A stretch of 64,000 nucleotides of DNA. It comes from an uncultured bacterium. GTDB lineage: Bacteria; RBG-13-61-14; CAYWKU01. The stretch covers positions 3,856 to 67,855 of the forward strand of contig CAYWKU010000017.1 in assembly GCA_964459325.1 (NCBI GenBank), in the 5' to 3' direction. The notes under the pieces are model-generated. The model searched no databases and had not been told where the DNA came from. It worked only from the letters and a program-made list of their open reading frames with translations. Below, piece after piece: positions 59,141-64,000 of the stretch. Position 1 is the stretch's first letter, and each line of letters opens with the position of its first letter. The position numbers were made by a program, and so were the translations under genes.

Positions 59141-59509
59141 ATGAAGTTGAAGCATATTGTCACTTTCGGAGTGGTGGTGATTTTCGCCGCGGCATTAACC
59201 CTGGGTTGCGTATCGAAAAAGCGTTTTACCAAAGAGTTTTCAATCAGCTCCAATCCGTCGGGGGCCAAGGTTCTGGTTGACGGAGCGCCCGTAGGCAACA
59301 CGCCGACGAACGCGAGGATGGAGTTCGAGCTGAACCTGGATTATCCCGACCAGGGCCTGATAAGGCACGAAGTTACCGTCAAGAAAGAGGGCTATATAAC
59401 CCAGAAAAAGAGCGTGTACCACAATGACCCGCCGCGAGTGCACTTCGAACTCGATAAGAAAGAAGAAGAAAAAAAGGAGGCTCCGGCGCCGCCACCCCGG
59501 CAGCCGTAA
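59141..59509 (+). CDS. PEGA-domain lipoprotein 1
   Basis: Lipobox TLGC, SNPSGAKVLVDG..VGNTP and KEGY. Confidence 0.85.
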   Translation: MKLKHIVTFGVVVIFAAALTLGCVSKKRFTKEFSISSNPSGAKVLVDGAPVGNTPTNARMEFELNLDYPDQGLIRHEVTVKKEGYITQKKSVYHNDPPRVHFELDKKEEEKKEAPAPPPRQP

Positions 59510-59523
59510 ATACTTTTCAAGGA

Positions 59524-59838
59524 GTGATGACGGTGAACAAAAAAACCATAATCACGGTAATTATCGCCGCGGCCATGGCAATGGCATTCATCGCCTGCCG
59601 GGCGAACAAGACCAAGCAGGTGATAATAAACTCCGAACCGCAAGGGGCAACCGTTTTCATAAACCAGGAAGTGGTTGGACAGACTCCCGTTAAAAAGGAG
59701 TTGACTTTCGAAAATCCCGAAAGCGAGAGACACGTGATTATCCTCAGAAAAGACGGCTACAGACCCCAGCGAAGATATTTTTATTTCCAGGACAATTCCA
59801 ATATTCTTTTTCAACTGGAAAAAAGGGGCGGGGAATAA
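59524..59838 (+). CDS. PEGA-domain lipoprotein 2
   Basis: Lipobox FIAC, SEPQGATVFIN..VGQTP and KDGY. Confidence 0.85.
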   Translation: MMTVNKKTIITVIIAAAMAMAFIACRANKTKQVIINSEPQGATVFINQEVVGQTPVKKELTFENPESERHVIILRKDGYRPQRRYFYFQDNSNILFQLEKRGGE

Positions 59839-59860
59839 CTTAACTCAAAAGGAGAAGGTA

Positions 59861-60241
59861 ATGGCAAAAAAACTAACGGTCGCAGCTGTAATTGCCATTT
59901 TCGCGATAATTGCGGCGGCGTGTTCCAATCCCGAGTTGCAGCTTAACGTAACCTCCGAACCTTCGGGGGCATCCGTTTACATTGATAAAGCAAAGGTGGG
60001 AGATACTCCCCTCCGCCACAATATCGTGTTTGAAAAAACGCCACAGGGAAACTGGGAAAAGAAAGTCATCGAAATCAGAAAAGAGTGCTACAAAAGCGAA
60101 TACATGTTCTTCAAAATTGACGACAGCCCCAATTTGAACTTCGTGCTGGAGCCGAAAGACACTCCCGAGTGCAACAAGCCGCCCGAACCTCCTCCTCCGC
60201 CCGAGCCGCCGAAACCGCCGCCACCCCCCAGAACACCGTAA
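59861..60241 (+). CDS. PEGA-domain lipoprotein 3 with poly-Pro tail
   Basis: Lipobox AAAC and SEPSGASVYID..VGDTP. Confidence 0.85.
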   Translation: MAKKLTVAAVIAIFAIIAAACSNPELQLNVTSEPSGASVYIDKAKVGDTPLRHNIVFEKTPQGNWEKKVIEIRKECYKSEYMFFKIDDSPNLNFVLEPKDTPECNKPPEPPPPPEPPKPPPPPRTP

Positions 60242-60253
60242 GGAGATACCATC

Positions 60254-60286
60254 AACCCCCGAAACAGCTTTCGGGGGTTTTATTTT
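60254..60286 (+). terminator. Intrinsic terminator
   Basis: AACCCCCGAAA-cagc-TTTCGGGGGTT followed by a T-rich tail. Confidence 0.8.
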
Positions 60287-60301
60287 ACTTAACGGGGCAT
60301 C

Positions 60302-60371
60302 GCAGGCCCGGCACTCTTGCCGGGCGTCCCGGTGGCTCTCATTGAATGGGCGACAGGAGTGTCGCCCCTAC
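60302..60371. repeat. GTAG-type REP doublet, family B copy 3
   Basis: GCAGGCCCGGCACTCTTGCCGGGC plus inverted GTAGGGGCGACACTCCTGTCGCCC. Confidence 0.8.
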
Positions 60372-60381
60372 CGCCGGGGAT

Positions 60382-61485
60382 TTATTCGAAAGGCAAGGCC
60401 GTATGGATGGCCCATGCCAGGTCAAGGGCGCGGCGGTGGGGTTTTAAATCGTGAACCCTGAACATGACGGCGCCCGCCGCCAGGGCCATGACGCAGGCGG
60501 CGATGGTGCCTTCGAGCCTTTCATCCGGCCCCAAATCGAGCACGGCGCCGATAAACCTCTTTCGGGAAGGCCCAACCATCACCGGTCGCCCGGAGCCTCT
60601 GAGAGCGTGCAAACCCTTTAAAATTCCCAGGTTATGGTCAAGAGTCTTTCCGAAGCCGATACCCGGGTCAAGGACTATGGAATCGCGCGACAGGCTGTGT
60701 TCGCCGGCCACCTCAACCGCACCCTCCAAATCATCCGCTATCTCGGGCCATAAATCGTCGTAATGAGGGTCTTTTTGCATATCGCCGGGAGTACCGCGAA
60801 TATGGTTGATTATCAGGAAAGCTCCCGACTCCGCAGCCACACCCGCCAGCGCGGGGTCGTAGGTAAGCATGGTGGCGTCGTTAATTATGCGGGCCCCTGC
60901 TTCCACGGCCTTCTGAGCGACCTTCGGCTTGCGGGTGTCGATACTTATGGGAACCTCGACCTGCTCCGCCAAACCCTCTATTACCGGCAGTACCCTATTG
61001 CACTCCTCGTCGAACGGCGCCGGCTCCGCCCCGGGCCGGGTGGATTCGCCGCCGATATCCAGCATGTCCGCGCCTTCCCGCGCAAGCTGCAACCCCTGTG
61101 CGACAGCTTTGTCCGTCTCCAGGAACCTTCCTCCGTCGCTAAAGGAATCGGGGGTAACGTTTACCACACCCATTATCAACGGCTTATGCCCGACTTCGAG
61201 AGCGCCGCCGCCTGCCAACGGCAACTTCCATTCACTCTCGGCGGCGCCTTCGACACAACGGTCTATGACCATTGCCGCCCGGCGGGTGCTTTCTATCTCG
61301 GACATGCGCTGCACCAGCCTTCGGAACCGCGTCGGAGAGCCTTCCGTCAAATCGATAACCCCGTCCCGAATCGGGATTTCCAGACCGCCCGCTTGTTTCC
61401 ACATGACGGCAACCGATTCGCGAAAGTTTTCATCCAGGTCGTACAGCCGGATTCTGTCGCTGGACAGGTAATACGCCCTAACCAT
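60382..61485 (-). CDS. folP: Dihydropteroate synthase with N-terminal extension
   Basis: MGVVNVTPDSFSDGG, GGESTRPG, DPGIGFGK, SRKRF and RVHD. Confidence 0.95.
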   Translation of the reverse strand: MVRAYYLSSDRIRLYDLDENFRESVAVMWKQAGGLEIPIRDGVIDLTEGSPTRFRRLVQRMSEIESTRRAAMVIDRCVEGAAESEWKLPLAGGGALEVGHKPLIMGVVNVTPDSFSDGGRFLETDKAVAQGLQLAREGADMLDIGGESTRPGAEPAPFDEECNRVLPVIEGLAEQVEVPISIDTRKPKVAQKAVEAGARIINDATMLTYDPALAGVAAESGAFLIINHIRGTPGDMQKDPHYDDLWPEIADDLEGAVEVAGEHSLSRDSIVLDPGIGFGKTLDHNLGILKGLHALRGSGRPVMVGPSRKRFIGAVLDLGPDERLEGTIAACVMALAAGAVMFRVHDLKPHRRALDLAWAIHTALPFE

Positions 61486-61530
61486 AAGGGGGGATTATAT
61501 AAAATTTCTCGCAGCTTTTACAAGGCCGGG

Positions 61531-63519
61531 TTATGTAACCTGCGGGTCGGGTTTGATGTTGGGGGCCACGGGGACTTCCTGCTCGTCTTCGGCTTTCTTT
61601 CCCTCCCTGGCCTTTTTATCTTCGTTTTTTTTGCCCGTTTCTTCTTTCTGGAAAGCCGGCAGTTCCTTACCCTCCATGAGGGTTTTCATCTCATTACCTG
61701 TAAGGGTTTCCCTTTCCATGAGCTTTTCCACTATCTTGTGCAAATCGTCCATGTGCTCTTCAAGTATGCCCCTGGCCCGCTGGTATGATTCCGTAACGAT
61801 ACGGTGGACTTCCTTGTCTATATCCACGGCGGTGGCTTCGCTATACTCGCGGGAGGTGGCGATATCCTTCCCGAGAAACACTTGGTCGTCGTCCTTTTTT
61901 CCGAATGACAAAGGCCCCAGTTTATCGCTCATTCCCCACTGGGTAACCATTTTCCGGGCCAGCTCTGTGGCCTCCTCGATGTCGTTCCCGGCGCCTGTGG
62001 TCTGCTGCTTTAACACCAGCTCCTCGGCAGCCCTTCCTCCCATCATTACAGCGATTCTGTTAAGGGCCTGGTCCCTGGTGAGATTGTATTTTTCCTCCTC
62101 CGGCAATTGCATGGTGGCCCCGAGCGCCCTGCCCCTGGGGATGATGGTCACTTTGTGAACGGGGTCGGTACCCGGGGTGAACAGTGCCACCATGGCGTGG
62201 CCGGTTTCGTGATAGGCGGTCTGGCGCTTCTCCTCCTCGCTCAACACCAGGCTTCGCCGCTCGGAGCCCATCATGACCTTGTCCTTGGCCCACTCGAAGT
62301 CCAGCATGGTTACGTACTCCCGGTCACGCCGGGCAGCTTGTAACGCGGCTTCGTTGACCAGGTTTTCAAGGTCGGCGCCCACGAATCCGGGGGTGCTCCG
62401 GGAAATAACCTCCAGGTTCACGTCTTCACCTAGCGGCACCTGCTTGGAATGTACCTTGAGTATACCGAGCCGCCCCTTGAGGTCGGGCCGGGGTACCACT
62501 ACTTTCCTGTCGAACCTTCCGGGCCTGAGCAGCGCGGGGTCCAAAACGTCCGGGCGGTTGGTGGCGGCGATGATAATCACGCCCTCGTTGCCCTCGAAGC
62601 CGTCCATTTCCACCAGTAGCTGATTCAGGGTCTGCTCGCGCTCGTCGTGGCCGCCGCCCAGTCCCGCGCCCCGGTATCTGCCCACGGCGTCCAGCTCGTC
62701 TATGAAAACGATGCAGGGCGCGTTTTTCTTGCCTTGTATGAACAAGTCCCTCACCCGGCTGGCGCCCACGCCGACGAACATCTCCACGAAATCCGAGCCG
62801 GAAATGCTGAAGAACGGAACCCCGGCCTCGCCGGCTATGGCGCGGCCCAGCAGCGTCTTGCCCGTACCGGGTGGACCGACCAGGATAAGCCCCTTGGGAA
62901 TACGACCTCCCAGGCGCGTGAACTTCTTGGGGTCGCTCAGAAAATCCACTATTTCGGCCAGTTCTTCCTTGGCCTCGTCTATGCCCGATACGTCCTCGAA
63001 AGTAATTCTTTTAGTCTGTTCCGTAAGCAGGCGGGCCTTGCTCTTGCCGAAATTCATGGCCTTTGAGCCGCCGCCCTGCATTTGGCGCATGAGGAAGAAA
63101 AACAGCCCCACCACCACTATCATCGGCAGCCAGAAGCTCAAAAGCTGCCACAGCGGACTATTCTTGCCTTCCTTGTAGGTAACCTTTACCGGACCGGTGG
63201 GTATGGCCGAATCCCGCACGCCTTGACCGGAGGCTTCACTGGCTCCCTGCTGGAGGGCTTTATAAACGTCCCAATCTATAAGGCCGTAGGTTTTGAAATC
63301 TTTCCCGTTGGTAAACTTCCCGGTTATCTCACCCATCATGCCTTCACCCTGAAGGGAGACTTCCTCAACCTTGCCCTGCTGGACGCTCTGCATAAACTGG
63401 CTGTAGCTTATCTCCTCGACCGGCTTCTGGCTCTGGCTGATGAGCTGATAGAGAAGTATCACCACCGCTATTATGACGACCCATATAAGGACGCTTTTCA
63501 TGGCCTGATTCATTTTCAT
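61531..63519 (-). CDS. ftsH: ATP-dependent zinc metalloprotease FtsH
   Basis: [22 protein letters not shown] and HETGH. Confidence 0.98.
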   Translation of the reverse strand: MKMNQAMKSVLIWVVIIAVVILLYQLISQSQKPVEEISYSQFMQSVQQGKVEEVSLQGEGMMGEITGKFTNGKDFKTYGLIDWDVYKALQQGASEASGQGVRDSAIPTGPVKVTYKEGKNSPLWQLLSFWLPMIVVVGLFFFLMRQMQGGGSKAMNFGKSKARLLTEQTKRITFEDVSGIDEAKEELAEIVDFLSDPKKFTRLGGRIPKGLILVGPPGTGKTLLGRAIAGEAGVPFFSISGSDFVEMFVGVGASRVRDLFIQGKKNAPCIVFIDELDAVGRYRGAGLGGGHDEREQTLNQLLVEMDGFEGNEGVIIIAATNRPDVLDPALLRPGRFDRKVVVPRPDLKGRLGILKVHSKQVPLGEDVNLEVISRSTPGFVGADLENLVNEAALQAARRDREYVTMLDFEWAKDKVMMGSERRSLVLSEEEKRQTAYHETGHAMVALFTPGTDPVHKVTIIPRGRALGATMQLPEEEKYNLTRDQALNRIAVMMGGRAAEELVLKQQTTGAGNDIEEATELARKMVTQWGMSDKLGPLSFGKKDDDQVFLGKDIATSREYSEATAVDIDKEVHRIVTESYQRARGILEEHMDDLHKIVEKLMERETLTGNEMKTLMEGKELPAFQKEETGKKNEDKKAREGKKAEDEQEVPVAPNIKPDPQVT

Positions 63520-63552
63520 GCCGCTTCACTTAGAATGTTATCATAATCGTGG

Positions 63553-64000
63553 TTATTGCTCAAATGAAAGCTCCAGTCCTTCCAGTTTCAAATGAAGAAC
63601 TTCCCTCGTGTCCTCGGTTATTCTGAACTCGTGGCATATTCTCAACGGCGCCGCCCACGCGATTTTTTCACCCGCCGTGACCACGGGCAAAAGCGGCCTC
63701 ATCCAGCGAGGCGCCTTGAGGTCGGTGTAGATGTCCTGCAACTTCCTGCTTCCCTTTCCTCCCAGTGGAAGTATTCTGTCCCCCGGCTCGGGGGAACGCA
63801 CCTGGAACGGTTCGGCCATTTTTTCCATGTCCAGGTATGCTTCCCGGAACGAGGCGTTTTTGTACTGCTCTATTAATGGATTACTTATAACTTCGGATTC
63901 GATAGACGCCCCGGTTTGTTCGATATAAGTGTTACCGGGAATTTCCAAAGGAATACAGTAGCTTACGTGAGTCACCGGCGGCTGAGGCGACAACCATACG
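63553..64000 (-). CDS. tilS: tRNA(Ile)-lysidine synthetase, C-terminal part (5' end outside the window)
   Basis: TilS C-terminal motif PGDRI.PLG..GSRKLQDIY.D.K.PRW.R..LP. Sits in the usual tilS-ftsH-folP order. Confidence 0.88.
   Translation of the reverse strand, partial: VWLSPQPPVTHVSYCIPLEIPGNTYIEQTGASIESEVISNPLIEQYKNASFREAYLDMEKMAEPFQVRSPEPGDRILPLGGKGSRKLQDIYTDLKAPRWMRPLLPVVTAGEKIAWAAPLRICHEFRITEDTREVLHLKLEGLELSFEQ

Noticed and set aside
1-64000. CRISPR array, prophage, integron, rRNA or tRNA
   Set aside because: I found no regularly spaced direct repeats, phage or integrase genes, or RNA gene signatures. The repeats seen are dispersed palindromes.

Overview
Bacterial chromosomal window. 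It is GC-rich with AT-rich intergenic gaps, encodes a diderm LPS envelope (waaF, Omp85, OmpA), and its gene order looks deltaproteobacterial (an inference). Housekeeping blocks: metG-pdxJ-acpS-nnr-tsaE-lysC, ispG, purM-der, holB-PSP1, bioB-F-A-D under a clear BirA operator, and tilS-ftsH-folP. Accessory content: (1) a MarR-corrinoid-2x non-pyrrolysine MttB-hydantoinase cluster; (2) a missed 38-aa ribosomal protein bTHX gene; (3) a Cys/Gly-tailed small peptide-TrxC-radical SAM/SPASM cassette, my best candidate for an undescribed system (RiPP-like, possibly Sec-containing); (4) a Tat-exported GH63-like protein lacking its usual catalytic Asp, followed by a GT4 and a methyltransferase; (5) a SpeD-SpeE fusion; (6) a sigma54-type promoter ahead of an FG-GAP lipoprotein; (7) Thr-type sulfatase-like proteins beside a non-catalytic FGE-fold protein; (8) a zinc-finger/T2SSE_N protein with a PD40-OmpA protein and three PEGA lipoproteins; (9) four type II toxin-antitoxin modules; (10) an ISKra4-like remnant; (11) at least three families of REP/REPIN-like palindromes. 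I recognised no rRNA, tRNA or CRISPR array. All family calls come from recognising motifs by eye, not from database searches.
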